Positions 1 to 10,117 of a DNA stretch of 64,000 bases are shown here, one piece after another. The notes under the pieces were generated by a model. That model saw only the letters and a program-made list of their open reading frames with translations, was not told where the DNA came from and ran no database searches. A program made the translations under genes and the position numbers. How positions within the stretch are numbered: the stretch's first letter is position 1; each line of letters opens with the position of its first letter. The stretch comes from a virus, in the IMG/VR virus record IMGVR_UViG_3300031834_001450, positions 19,335 through 83,334 of that record. One strand, given 5' to 3'.

Positions 1-501
1 GGACATGGTGGACAATTAAATGATTGGTCAGTGAAAGAAGTAGAAATAGATTATACTCAAGCAGAATTAGATTCTTTTTATAATGCTCAAATAAATCCAT
101 TACTACTTGATCCTTCTTATGGTTTATTAGCTTATGGAGATCAAACTCTTCAAGTAACGAATAGCGATACAAGTTTTGTAGGAACAAGACGAGTATATAA
201 ATATATGCTAGATGTTATTTCTAAACAAATTCTTAGAAAACAAGAATTTAAAATAAATGATCCTCTTCATAGACTTATGGCAAAAGTTCAAACAGAAGAA
301 TTTGTTGAACCTATTAGAGCGAATGGTTGGATCCGGGAATTCAAAATTGTGTGTGATTCTAGTAACAATACTGATATTGTTTTAAATAATCGTCAATTTA
401 TTTTGGATTTTTACTGTAAAATAACTCCAACAAGTGAGTGGATTATTTTAAGACTTACACGAGTTTCTCAAACAATTTCTATTGAAAGTTTAATAATTTA
501 A
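1..501 (+). CDS. Tail sheath protein, C-terminal part (5' truncated by window)
   Basis: Frame is open from base 1. Sheath C-terminal motifs (LYxAQINP-like, YGDQTL, RR, VCDSSNNT..I.N) and position directly before the tube gene. Confidence 0.85.
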   Translation, partial: GHGGQLNDWSVKEVEIDYTQAELDSFYNAQINPLLLDPSYGLLAYGDQTLQVTNSDTSFVGTRRVYKYMLDVISKQILRKQEFKINDPLHRLMAKVQTEEFVEPIRANGWIREFKIVCDSSNNTDIVLNNRQFILDFYCKITPTSEWIILRLTRVSQTISIESLII

Positions 502-507
502 AAATAA

Positions 508-546
508 ATTAGTACTGTAAATAAAACTTTTATTTACAGTACTAAT
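508..546. terminator. 19-bp perfect inverted repeat between sheath and tube genes
   Basis: ATTAGTACTGTAAATAAAA-C-TTTTATTTACAGTACTAAT; the right arm overlaps a TACTAATA motif. Confidence 0.6.
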
Positions 547-547
547 A
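540..547 (+). promoter_or_regulatory. Putative late promoter motif TACTAATA (also 1738, 3102, 6448 on +; 20634, 26807, 47434, 49072, 50879 on -)
   Basis: Exact 8-mer recurs in intergenic gaps, co-oriented with and mostly 20-45 nt upstream of the next start codon. Confidence 0.6.
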
Positions 548-585
548 TAAAATAATGAATTTGAAAAAGATAAGAGGTAAAATAA

Positions 586-1098
586 ATGACAATTTCTACT
601 GATCAGATACTTTCGCTTGGTGATGACGCTTTGGCCAGCCAGTTCTCAATTATATTTCCAAATGGTATTCCAGGTGGTGGAGATGCAAATGCAATATCTT
701 TAAGATGTGACCAAACTTTTGATCCACCTGAAGATGTAGTAAATGTATATGAAATATTTAGAAAAGGTTTTAAAATTCCTAAAACAGGTATGTTACAAGA
801 AACTACTAAAGAATTTACAATAGATATAAGACTTGATCAAGCTTGGAAAGTATATGATGATATGCGAAAATGGGCTGATATGTCTTATGATCATAGTAAT
901 GGTACAGCTCTTCCAGAAATAATGGCTAGAAGTACTGTTATAATTCAAGCAGAAGATAGAACACAAGCAGGAGTAAAATCAATTAGTTTTAAATATGCCA
1001 AGCCAAAGTCTGTTAAAATTCAAACATTTGACAATCAATCAGGCGATCCTTTACGAATTACTGTTATTTTTATTTATGTAGTAATGACGGTAGAATAG
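586..1098 (+). CDS. Tail tube protein (T4 gp19-like)
   Basis: 170 aa, follows sheath, tube-like pattern (F.I.FP, W.D, F.YA.P). Confidence 0.75.
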   Translation: MTISTDQILSLGDDALASQFSIIFPNGIPGGGDANAISLRCDQTFDPPEDVVNVYEIFRKGFKIPKTGMLQETTKEFTIDIRLDQAWKVYDDMRKWADMSYDHSNGTALPEIMARSTVIIQAEDRTQAGVKSISFKYAKPKSVKIQTFDNQSGDPLRITVIFIYVVMTVE

Positions 1099-1730
1099 TG
1101 GCAATAGCAAACAATATTATAAATACTTATAAAAAAGGAGTAGATACTGCAGGAATACTTAATGAAGCTGATATTGCTATATTAAGTAATACTTCTATGC
1201 AGCATAAGTGTTTATTTGAAATGATTATTTATCCAGAAACTTTTCCTTCTACTGCTGGTGGAATTGTTTTAACTTCATTAGATACAATAATCATGAAATT
1301 TAATTTATATTCGATCAATGATATTCCTTTAGTTGGATTTGAATATCAACGATACGGTGGAATGAATTATATAAAAGATATGATATATCCAGATACTTTT
1401 AATTGTACTTTTATTGAGAATGGAACTGGTAGTGTAAAAGGATATTTTAGAAAATGGCAAGATGCAATAGCTGTATATACTCCAGCATTAGGAACATTAA
1501 AGAGAGATTATCTTTTTAAAGATAATCAAGATGATAGTAAAAGAACAGGTTTAATTATTCCTCTTCAAACAGATATGTTACCTTCTCCAGAATGGATAAA
1601 AATAGATGGAATGAAATTTAAAAATATAACGGGTATTGGTTATGATCATACTTCAGGAGAAAATGAGATATTAACTACAGAATTTACTTGTGATAGTATC
1701 AGATTATCATTAGGCACGTCTGCATTATAA
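1098..1730 (+). CDS. Tube-like baseplate-tail junction protein (gp54-like)
   Basis: Tube-fold paralog features (TF.E, YF.KWQD) and position. Confidence 0.55.
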   Translation: MAIANNIINTYKKGVDTAGILNEADIAILSNTSMQHKCLFEMIIYPETFPSTAGGIVLTSLDTIIMKFNLYSINDIPLVGFEYQRYGGMNYIKDMIYPDTFNCTFIENGTGSVKGYFRKWQDAIAVYTPALGTLKRDYLFKDNQDDSKRTGLIIPLQTDMLPSPEWIKIDGMKFKNITGIGYDHTSGENEILTTEFTCDSIRLSLGTSAL

Positions 1731-1776
1731 GTCAACATACTAATAAAAAGTATTTAATAATTAAAGGAGAATATAC

Positions 1777-2949
1777 ATGGCTGAAAGTTTTATATTAAAA
1801 CCAGAAGAGGTAGCAAGAAGAAGAAATCAAACAATAGAAAATAAAAAATTAGAAGAACAAACAGAAAAAGAAAATGAATTTCAAAATACAGCAGGATTAG
1901 TTAAAATTAATTATGAATCCCAAGGAAGATTTGGAACACCTACTACTCTTTATTTTGATGATTTTAATGGTCAACACATTAATGATATTGAATTATCTAC
2001 TCAAGATAATCTTCTAGAAAATTTAATTGTTATTCTTAACAATTTAAAAAGAAATGAACCAAATTTTAATATTAAAGATATGAGTGCAGAAGATTTATTA
2101 GAAACACTCATTGCAATAAAACAACAATTTGAAGGTAATACTCATATTCATTATTGGGTATGTAATTGTCAATCTGAAAAAAGCGATAAAGATAGAATCA
2201 TAAATGAACTTATTCTTGAATTATCAGATCTTAATTTTAACTCAATGACTCAGGTTGATGAAGAAATGAAAAAATTCTTAACTGAAAGATTTGCTGAAAT
2301 GACTTCAGATGAATTTAAACAATATCTATTAGTTAAATATAAAACTAATCCTTTAGATGATATTGATACTTATACCAAAGAAGAGGAAATATCAAAAGTA
2401 TTAGTGAAGGAACCCTTCCATATTATTGCACAAAAAGATATATATACAATAAGATATCCTAGACTTGAAGATATAATTAAAGCAAAAAAATATGCAGATA
2501 AATTATATGGATCTAAAATAAAAAATATTCAAAATAGACGAGAAGCAAATGTTCCTCTTTATGAATTAAAAGAAAAAAAAGAAAATGAAATAAAAGAATT
2601 AAAAGACGAACAAGCAAAAGTAATAGTTCTTTATGCAAAATCAATGATGTTAATAACTAAAAATAATTTAATTCTTTCTGATAGTGAAAAATATGAGGAA
2701 TTTAAAAATGTTATTAAACGTAAAACAATGAGAAATATAGAAGATTTATTTGAAAATATTTCTTTTGGTCTACAAACGGAAACAGAGCTGATTTGCCCTT
2801 TATGTGGTGAATCGGAAAAGAGGTTACTTCGGGATTTCATCGATCCAAGACAACTTCTCCCCCTCAATTATCGTAAACAAGATTCAGGAAATGATGCCCA
2901 GAGAAAATCTCAACTCAATTCAGGACTTGATTTTTATTTTGGTATATAG
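1777..2949 (+). CDS. Baseplate hub assembly chaperone (gp26-like)
   Basis: LIAIK, CNC, IRYPRL and C-terminal CPLCG motifs; upstream of the tape measure gene. Confidence 0.55.
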   Translation: MAESFILKPEEVARRRNQTIENKKLEEQTEKENEFQNTAGLVKINYESQGRFGTPTTLYFDDFNGQHINDIELSTQDNLLENLIVILNNLKRNEPNFNIKDMSAEDLLETLIAIKQQFEGNTHIHYWVCNCQSEKSDKDRIINELILELSDLNFNSMTQVDEEMKKFLTERFAEMTSDEFKQYLLVKYKTNPLDDIDTYTKEEEISKVLVKEPFHIIAQKDIYTIRYPRLEDIIKAKKYADKLYGSKIKNIQNRREANVPLYELKEKKENEIKELKDEQAKVIVLYAKSMMLITKNNLILSDSEKYEEFKNVIKRKTMRNIEDLFENISFGLQTETELICPLCGESEKRLLRDFIDPRQLLPLNYRKQDSGNDAQRKSQLNSGLDFYFGI

Positions 2950-3088
2950 AGTTGGATTGTCTGAAACTGAAATACTTAAAATGAAAAGATGGATTCTTAA
3001 AAAAAGACTGAATCAATATGAAATTTATCAAAAAGCTAAACAAGCTGAAATGAAAAAAGCAACAAGTCAAATACCTTCTTTCAAATAG
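2892..3088 (+). CDS. Small baseplate hub assembly protein (gp51-like); start uncertain (ORF track 2804)
   Basis: IF.LVYRVGLSETEILKM.RW pattern typical of the short gene after gp26-like genes. Confidence 0.5.
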
Positions 3089-3131
3089 AAGGTATTATTT
3101 TTACTAATAAATAAAAATAGGAGGTTTATAA

Positions 3132-4700
3132 ATGGAAGATAGTTTTGTAATGCCTGATTTTAATAAACCTCTTAGTAAGGAATTAAAAAAAGAAGAAATA
3201 AAAGTTAATAAAATATACACCCCTTTTATGATAAAATTTTTTGGTGGCAATGGTATGTTTACTATGGCTATCAAAGGTCTACATAATATGCTTATTACTA
3301 GATTTACTCGTTTAATAGAAATTGTAGAAAAAGTATATGGAGAAACAGAATCAGGAAATAAATTCGATAAAAAAAATGAACCAAAAGATGGAGATAAGAA
3401 AAAACAATCTTGGATAACAGAAAAATGGCAAAAAGTTATTAAATCTAATTTCTTTCAAAAAACTTTAGGATTTTTAAAAGGAATGGCATCAGTAAGTTTT
3501 ATTACTACTCTTATTGCCTTTTTAATATTACTTAGAATGGGAATTATACAAAAATTTCTTCCTTGGTTCCTCAGTATTATTGGAAGTGCTATAACAGGGT
3601 TAATTAAATTTATACCGACTCTCTTAAAATTCTTTTGGAATTTATTAACTAAAATTATACCTAGTATTTTAAAAACAATTTTTAGAACTATTTTTAAAAT
3701 GTTAGGTATAGAAAATAAAACATTACTTAAATTTGCTGATTTTATTGCACAATGGTTACCACTTCTAATAGCAGGTATTTGGTTAATATCTACAATAATG
3801 CCAATAATAACTACTGTAGCTGGTGTTATAGGTGCTCTAAGTCTACCCATTGTTGCATTAGTTGCAGCTGTTGCATTATTAGGATATTTAATATATGATA
3901 ATTGGGCTCTTATTAAACCAATGTTAATGGATATGTTTAATGAAATTAAATCATTTTTTAATAATTATATAGTTCCTATGTTACCATATTTAAAGATAGT
4001 TGGTAAATTTTTATTTAAAATTCTTGGCATTATTTTTATGGGAATAATAAAAGTAATTAAAGCTATTATATTATTTCCTATTAGACTCATTAAAGGATTA
4101 TATACTTTTATAATAGGAGCAATTGCTGTTTTCAAAACAGGATATATTGTACTTAGTAATATATTTAGATCTATTTTTATAGACCCTATTAAAAGATTAT
4201 TTAAAGCATTATCTAAAGCAGCCGCTCCAGTACTTAAAAAATTAACTCCTGTAATAAATATGATAAGTAGTCTTTTTAGTACAGTTGCTAGTGGAGTAAC
4301 TTCTGCAATGTCTACTGTAACTAAAGTTATAAGTGATTTATTAGATTGGATTGGAGCTGTTTCTGATTATGGTATAATGGATTATAAAGAACATAAACAA
4401 CAAATAGAGGCTTCTGAAAAAGAAGCTGCACAATCAATTGTTGTTCAAGCGGCAAAAACAGATGCAACAGAAAAACAATTAGTAGCAACTGGTCAATTAA
4501 CAGCTGCAGAAGCTAGAGATGCATTAAAGTTAAGAGAATTATCAAAAGAAACTGGAATGTCTGCTACTAGATTAGCTGCGGCTAAACAAACTGGTTTATT
4601 ATCAGATTTGGAAATAAGTTCAAAACAAACTCAAACTGTTAAAGCAATGAATTTTTCATTAAGTAAAACAGGAACTTTAAAATTAGCTGAAAAGGGGTAA
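3132..4700 (+). CDS. Tape measure protein (short, 522 aa)
   Basis: Long hydrophobic/amphipathic helical repeats; position between chaperones and baseplate genes. Confidence 0.7.
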   Translation: MEDSFVMPDFNKPLSKELKKEEIKVNKIYTPFMIKFFGGNGMFTMAIKGLHNMLITRFTRLIEIVEKVYGETESGNKFDKKNEPKDGDKKKQSWITEKWQKVIKSNFFQKTLGFLKGMASVSFITTLIAFLILLRMGIIQKFLPWFLSIIGSAITGLIKFIPTLLKFFWNLLTKIIPSILKTIFRTIFKMLGIENKTLLKFADFIAQWLPLLIAGIWLISTIMPIITTVAGVIGALSLPIVALVAAVALLGYLIYDNWALIKPMLMDMFNEIKSFFNNYIVPMLPYLKIVGKFLFKILGIIFMGIIKVIKAIILFPIRLIKGLYTFIIGAIAVFKTGYIVLSNIFRSIFIDPIKRLFKALSKAAAPVLKKLTPVINMISSLFSTVASGVTSAMSTVTKVISDLLDWIGAVSDYGIMDYKEHKQQIEASEKEAAQSIVVQAAKTDATEKQLVATGQLTAAEARDALKLRELSKETGMSATRLAAAKQTGLLSDLEISSKQTQTVKAMNFSLSKTGTLKLAEKG

Positions 4701-4703
4701 TAA

Positions 4704-5423
4704 ATGAATAGAATGATTATAACTTTTCAAACTCCTGATTTGGCATCTACTTTAACTTATCCTATTATGGAAGATTTTCAAATAGAAACATCAACTGAAT
4801 TTAGTAATTTTGCTGAATTATGTCCAACAATATCATCTCTTGTAGATTTAGGTATTACTTATGAATCTGCCTCTTCGGGTGGAGTTTCTACTGCTGGATT
4901 TAATATAAGATCTATACTAGATGCCCCCAGATGGCGAAAAACTAATCCAGTAAAAATAACTCTTGATTTGTTTTTTTACACAAAAACAAATCCAGTAACA
5001 GATGTACTTATTCCTATGAATGCATTACTTGGAGCTCATTTACCTAGATTTGTAGAAGGAAAAATTAAAGTTCCAGGGCTGAATGCAACAAATGTTAGTG
5101 ATGTTAATAAAATAATTGGTGCGGCTAAAGAAAAAAGTACCGCATTAATTGAGGAATTGGGTGGTGGAAAAACAGGAGAAAAAGAACTTAGAAATATTCT
5201 TGAATCTCAATATAGTGCTTTATTTTCTGTTTTAATTCCTGGAGTTGTTTTTCTTCCTGTAGCTTTTATTTTTGCAATTGCTCCAACATATTCTAAACAT
5301 GTTACAGAAAAAGGATATCCACTATGGGCAAGTGCTAATTTACAAATACAAAGTTTAACTCCTGCATTAGCTGAATATTTTAGAGATGGAATGAATTATA
5401 CTGCTGGTGGAATTGAAAGATAG
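4704..5423 (+). CDS. Baseplate/tube initiator protein (gp48-like)
   Basis: Position after TMP; C-terminal GYPLWASANLQ pattern. Confidence 0.45.
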   Translation: MNRMIITFQTPDLASTLTYPIMEDFQIETSTEFSNFAELCPTISSLVDLGITYESASSGGVSTAGFNIRSILDAPRWRKTNPVKITLDLFFYTKTNPVTDVLIPMNALLGAHLPRFVEGKIKVPGLNATNVSDVNKIIGAAKEKSTALIEELGGGKTGEKELRNILESQYSALFSVLIPGVVFLPVAFIFAIAPTYSKHVTEKGYPLWASANLQIQSLTPALAEYFRDGMNYTAGGIER

Positions 5424-5431
5424 GAATATTT

Positions 5432-5731
5432 ATGAGAGAAAAAGTACAATTAATATTAGATGAAACAGATGGAAATGTAATAAGAGATTCAGTATCTGTT
5501 GTATGGAAAGACTTTAAATGGACAAATGGATATTATAAACATAAAATATCTAAAATAGAGATAGAACGCCCATATTTAATTTCTCAAAGTTATTATGGTA
5601 TAATAGATTATTGGGATATTATATTACTTTTAAATAATATTGAAGATATATTTGAAATTGTTCCTTTAAGTGAATTATTTATTCCAAAATTAGACGATAT
5701 AAAACAATTCATTTTAGATAATCGTAAATAA
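5432..5731 (+). CDS. Baseplate wedge protein (gp53/LysM-like)
   Basis: ERPYLISQSYYG..YWDIILLLNNI.D.F...L.IP motif. Confidence 0.75.
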   Translation: MREKVQLILDETDGNVIRDSVSVVWKDFKWTNGYYKHKISKIEIERPYLISQSYYGIIDYWDIILLLNNIEDIFEIVPLSELFIPKLDDIKQFILDNRK

Positions 5732-5743
5732 AAGGAGTTTATA

Positions 5744-6442
5744 GTGCAAGGACCATTTCCAGCTAAAGTTATAAATAATAATGATACAAAAAAGAAAGGA
5801 AGAATTCAAATAAAAATTGAACATCTTCATTATAATATAAAAAATTCTGAACTTCCATGGGCAAAACAGTATTCACTTGCAACAGGTGGAAGCGGTACTT
5901 ATGGTAAATCAAGTATACCTGAAAATAACTCTTATGTATGGATAGGATATGAAGATGTAGATGAGTTAATGAGACAACCCTATTATTTAGCAGATATTCA
6001 TTTTAGTAATTTACATCCTCATAATTTATTTGAAAATAATATTAAATCTTCTATTGGATCAGCAGCAGCATACCCTAATGCTAAATATACTTATTATCCT
6101 AATGGAATATGTATAGGAGTAGATAGTAGTTCAGGAAATAAAGAAATTTTTATTTATCATCCAACAGCTTCTATATTTATAGATAAAAATGGTAAAATTA
6201 AAATAAAAGCTACAGAGATAGAATTACTTGGAGGAACAACTCCTTCTGAAAGTTCTATTTTAGGAGAAACTTTAAAAACTACATTAGAAGCAATACTAGA
6301 TCAAATTATTGCACATACTCATCCTTATATAAATGTTGCTGCACCTGCAGTTACTTCTCCTCCTGGAAATGCTGCTGCATTTACATTAATAAAAACAACA
6401 CAAGTACCAACTACTTTATCTTTAAAAATAAAAAATAATTAA
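5744..6442 (+). CDS. Baseplate central spike (gp5/gpV OB-fold)
   Basis: AKVINNND.KKKGRIQIKI, LPWA, IPE..S.VW and a C-terminal HTH (HxH) metal-binding tip motif. Confidence 0.8.
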   Translation: MQGPFPAKVINNNDTKKKGRIQIKIEHLHYNIKNSELPWAKQYSLATGGSGTYGKSSIPENNSYVWIGYEDVDELMRQPYYLADIHFSNLHPHNLFENNIKSSIGSAAAYPNAKYTYYPNGICIGVDSSSGNKEIFIYHPTASIFIDKNGKIKIKATEIELLGGTTPSESSILGETLKTTLEAILDQIIAHTHPYINVAAPAVTSPPGNAAAFTLIKTTQVPTTLSLKIKNN

Positions 6443-6478
6443 ATTATTACTAATAAATAATATAATTAGGGGTATAGA

Positions 6479-7066
6479 ATGGCGGTTTTTCAAGATATTG
6501 ATTTGTATGGAAGAGATAATGCAGATGGAACTCCTATAACTTATTATTCTGCTGATGCCATTAAAAATGCACTTACTCAATGGGCGAATTCTAAAAGAGG
6601 AGATTATTTAATGGCACCAGGAGCTGGTGGAGCATTAGATAATTTTGTATTTAAAACACTAACAACTGAAAATCTTTTAATTTTAAAAACTCAACTACTT
6701 ACAGCATTAGTAAATCAATTTAGTCCTTCTATTACAGTTATTGATATAACTATTACTCCTGATTATCAAAATAGAATAACAGAAATTGAAGTAACATATT
6801 CTATTCCAGAAGAAGGAATAACTGATTCAATAGCATTATTTATAAATACAGCTTTTAGTACTACTTCTTTTGAATATGAAATTGTTAGTTATATTGAACA
6901 TAATTTATTAGAATTTGTAACAATTAAGAAACCAGATCAAAGCTCTAATCGTTTAATATATGATTATGATATAAATAGTTGGAAATATGGAAAATATAAA
7001 TTTGTTAATCTTTTACCAACAGATCCATATTTTACAGATATATTATTTATTTGCAATGGAAGTTAG
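6479..7066 (+). CDS. Baseplate wedge gp25-like protein with C-terminal extension
   Basis: DAIKNAL....KRGDYLM.PG.G pattern. Confidence 0.7.
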   Translation: MAVFQDIDLYGRDNADGTPITYYSADAIKNALTQWANSKRGDYLMAPGAGGALDNFVFKTLTTENLLILKTQLLTALVNQFSPSITVIDITITPDYQNRITEIEVTYSIPEEGITDSIALFINTAFSTTSFEYEIVSYIEHNLLEFVTIKKPDQSSNRLIYDYDINSWKYGKYKFVNLLPTDPYFTDILFICNGS

Positions 7067-7075
7067 AGGTTTAAT

Positions 7076-8920
7076 ATGATATACACGTACGATGGGTTAG
7101 TAACAGAAATAAAAAACAGATTATCACTTCTATCTGATTGGAATACAATATTATATTATGGAGTATATCAACGTATAGTAGATATGCTTGCGTATACTGG
7201 AGAAAAACTTGTATATTTAGCAGAATTTTTATATAGGGAAGCTAAGTGGATAACAGCAGAAAAAAGAGATTCTCTTGTTAAACTTGCAATATGGTTAGGC
7301 TATATTCCATATAGAAAAACTGGAGCAATAGGAGAATTAAAATTAAATTATGATCCTACTTTTAATTCAATGTCAATATATACAGGAAAAGAAGTAAATA
7401 TTCCACGATGGGCAATTTTTACAAATACTGATAGTGATTTAATTACATATTGTACAGAAAGTACTTTCTATTATACTGGATTTATAGGTAACGTAATTAT
7501 TCCAGTAAAAGAAGGAACACCCAAAGAATTTTTATATATTGCTCAAGGAATAGTTAATGAATGTGTTTATGTATATTCTGATTCAACTGATAATACGGAA
7601 ATTCAAGTTCAGATAGTTGATACATCAGGTAATTTTTTATATGAAGCTATCATTACAACTAATTTATATCTTATAAATAATGTTGTAGACTATTACTGTG
7701 AAATTTCAAATTCTGCTGCTTATGATTATATTAAAATTTGTTTTGGTGATGGTATAAATTCTAAAAAATTAATTGCTGGAGAAAGAGTTCTTGTAAAATA
7801 TGCAGATACAAAAGGAGCATCAGGAGATATTACATCTAGTAATGTAATAACTGTTCTTGTAACAACTTTAGTTGACGAAGATAATCTTCCAGTTACTTTA
7901 TATGTTACAAATGATGAAGGTATAGTTGGTGGATCTGAAATAGAAAATATTGAATCAATTAGAAATAATGCCCCTAATTTATTTCAAATAGGATCTTTAT
8001 TATCATCTACTGCAAATTGGGAAGCTGCAATTAATCTTGCTTCTTATGTAAATAAATCAATTGTATGGACAATAGAAAGTCTTGGACTATCAACTACTGT
8101 ATCTGATCAAAATATTGTATATTTTACTGCAGTTTCTACAACTGGAGAAAATTTAACTACCATTCAACAGGGAGATATTATAGTAACTTATTTAACACCT
8201 AAAAAATGTTTAACTGAAATGGTAGCATATACAGCCTTGCAAAAAATATATGTACGATTTGATATTACTGCTAAAATTGCACTAACTCAAACTTTTACAG
8301 TATTAGATGCGGTTATTAAAACAGCATTAAATACAGAATATGATATATTAACTACAACATTTCAAAAAAATATATATGAATCTAATTTCTATAGAATTAT
8401 TGATGAAATACCAAATATTATCTATCATACAACTAAAATTTATTATATGGAATCAGATATTAATATAATAACAAGTAATTTAAAATTAAAACCAAGTTAT
8501 ACTTCTATTGACACCCCTAATTTAGATAAACAAAATTATTTAGTTCTTGATAGTTTTGAAATTTGGATAAAACGAAAAATTGCAAATGCTTGGGTTGCTC
8601 CTTTACAAATAGCATATACCTCAGGAATTACTATTTTAGGTATGAATGGATATACAATAACTGGAGGTTTTGTATCATATTCAACAAATCAAGTTTCATT
8701 TACAATAGCAGAAATTGTAGCAGATGTTACTCATGTAATATATGGTATTGCAGATCCAGGAGATTCTGATCCTTTAGGATATAAAATATTTATTTCATAT
8801 AAAATGCAAGATGGTAATACTCCAGCAACTCAACAAAATAGTATTAGACTTCCATATTTTTATCAGATAACAGACATTGAAGATTCATTCATTAATGCTG
8901 ATTTATCTTATATATCTTAA
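7076..8920 (+). CDS. Baseplate wedge protein (gp6/J-like)
   Basis: LA..LGY.P.R, FGDGINSKK, GGSEIENIESIR.NAP motifs. Confidence 0.85.
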   Translation: MIYTYDGLVTEIKNRLSLLSDWNTILYYGVYQRIVDMLAYTGEKLVYLAEFLYREAKWITAEKRDSLVKLAIWLGYIPYRKTGAIGELKLNYDPTFNSMSIYTGKEVNIPRWAIFTNTDSDLITYCTESTFYYTGFIGNVIIPVKEGTPKEFLYIAQGIVNECVYVYSDSTDNTEIQVQIVDTSGNFLYEAIITTNLYLINNVVDYYCEISNSAAYDYIKICFGDGINSKKLIAGERVLVKYADTKGASGDITSSNVITVLVTTLVDEDNLPVTLYVTNDEGIVGGSEIENIESIRNNAPNLFQIGSLLSSTANWEAAINLASYVNKSIVWTIESLGLSTTVSDQNIVYFTAVSTTGENLTTIQQGDIIVTYLTPKKCLTEMVAYTALQKIYVRFDITAKIALTQTFTVLDAVIKTALNTEYDILTTTFQKNIYESNFYRIIDEIPNIIYHTTKIYYMESDINIITSNLKLKPSYTSIDTPNLDKQNYLVLDSFEIWIKRKIANAWVAPLQIAYTSGITILGMNGYTITGGFVSYSTNQVSFTIAEIVADVTHVIYGIADPGDSDPLGYKIFISYKMQDGNTPATQQNSIRLPYFYQITDIEDSFINADLSYIS

Positions 8921-8934
8921 TGGAGAATGATTAA

Positions 8935-10101
8935 GTGAATTTTTCATTTAAAAAATTTATACCAAAAGTAATGCAAGAGACCAAATGGGGGTCTCTTACT
9001 GAAGTATGGCAATCTATTTATGTAGATATTAAAAATGATAAAATAAAAGCAATTTTTAATCAATATGATTTTGATAATATTACAGAACAAGAATTAAGGG
9101 ATTTAGCTGTAATGTTAGGATTCAATTTAAAAACTTTAAATGGTTATACTTCTACCTTAAATTTTATAAAAAAAGAAATGTTATTTTTAATTCCAAGATT
9201 AAAAACAAAAACAACTCCAACTTGTTATCAATTACAAGGAATTCCATTTAATATAATAGCAAATGGATATTCAATTATTTATGATAATAATTTAGATAAA
9301 TATATTGGAGATGAAACTTTAATTGGATCAGATGTACAAGGTACAGTTACTTTAGATAGAGAAGATAAAAATTATACATATATGGGAAGTCTTATTAATT
9401 TAGACAATTATATTAATTTAGATAACTCTCCATTCTATCATATGGACACTTTATATCGAATATCTATAGGAACATATACTGAATTAGCAGAATCATATTT
9501 AGATTTTTATGAATTTCCAACACTGGATGGATCTTCTACTTTATATTCATTAACAAGAAACATGTTATTTAATTATACGCATAAATTTGTTGAATCTGCG
9601 ACAGAATTTATTTCTTTAAATACGCTTAAAGTTCTTAAAAGTGATATAGATCAATTTAAAAGAATGACAGATAGATGTTATTATGAACCATATTTACATT
9701 TTGATTTAAATTCTGATCATTCAATCACTAATAAAACTTGGACAGATTATTTAGGAGTAGCAACAGCAATACAAAAAAATATTTTAATAGAAAATTCTTT
9801 TACTGATTGGTCTGGTATAAGATTTGGAACAAGCGCGCATTCAGTAATTACTACATCGATTACTGATGTAAATAATTACTCTTTTTCATGGGATTATAGA
9901 AGTGGTACTAATAAAATAATAGAAACAGATATTAACTATACTTTTAGATTATTAATAACAGAAATGCAAAAAATAACAGAATTTACTGAATTAGCTGTTA
10001 TAAATATGTCAGGAACTTGTGTATTATATAGTACATTTCCAAAAGTTCAATGGGATGAAGGAATGTATAATAACTTAAAATTTGAATTTAAAATTATTTA
10101 A
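8935..10101 (+). CDS. Baseplate wedge/tail protein (gp7/P2 I-like)
   Basis: L.DLA.MLGF pattern; C-terminal FTELAV...LYSTFP; position. Confidence 0.55.
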   Translation: MNFSFKKFIPKVMQETKWGSLTEVWQSIYVDIKNDKIKAIFNQYDFDNITEQELRDLAVMLGFNLKTLNGYTSTLNFIKKEMLFLIPRLKTKTTPTCYQLQGIPFNIIANGYSIIYDNNLDKYIGDETLIGSDVQGTVTLDREDKNYTYMGSLINLDNYINLDNSPFYHMDTLYRISIGTYTELAESYLDFYEFPTLDGSSTLYSLTRNMLFNYTHKFVESATEFISLNTLKVLKSDIDQFKRMTDRCYYEPYLHFDLNSDHSITNKTWTDYLGVATAIQKNILIENSFTDWSGIRFGTSAHSVITTSITDVNNYSFSWDYRSGTNKIIETDINYTFRLLITEMQKITEFTELAVINMSGTCVLYSTFPKVQWDEGMYNNLKFEFKII

Positions 10102-10117
10102 ATAAGAGGTTTTTTAA

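Noticed and set aside
2804-3088. Lambda G/GT-type -1 frameshift before the tape measure gene
   Set aside because: The second ORF is in the +1 frame and has its own plausible ATG; this fits a gp26/gp51-like pair better.
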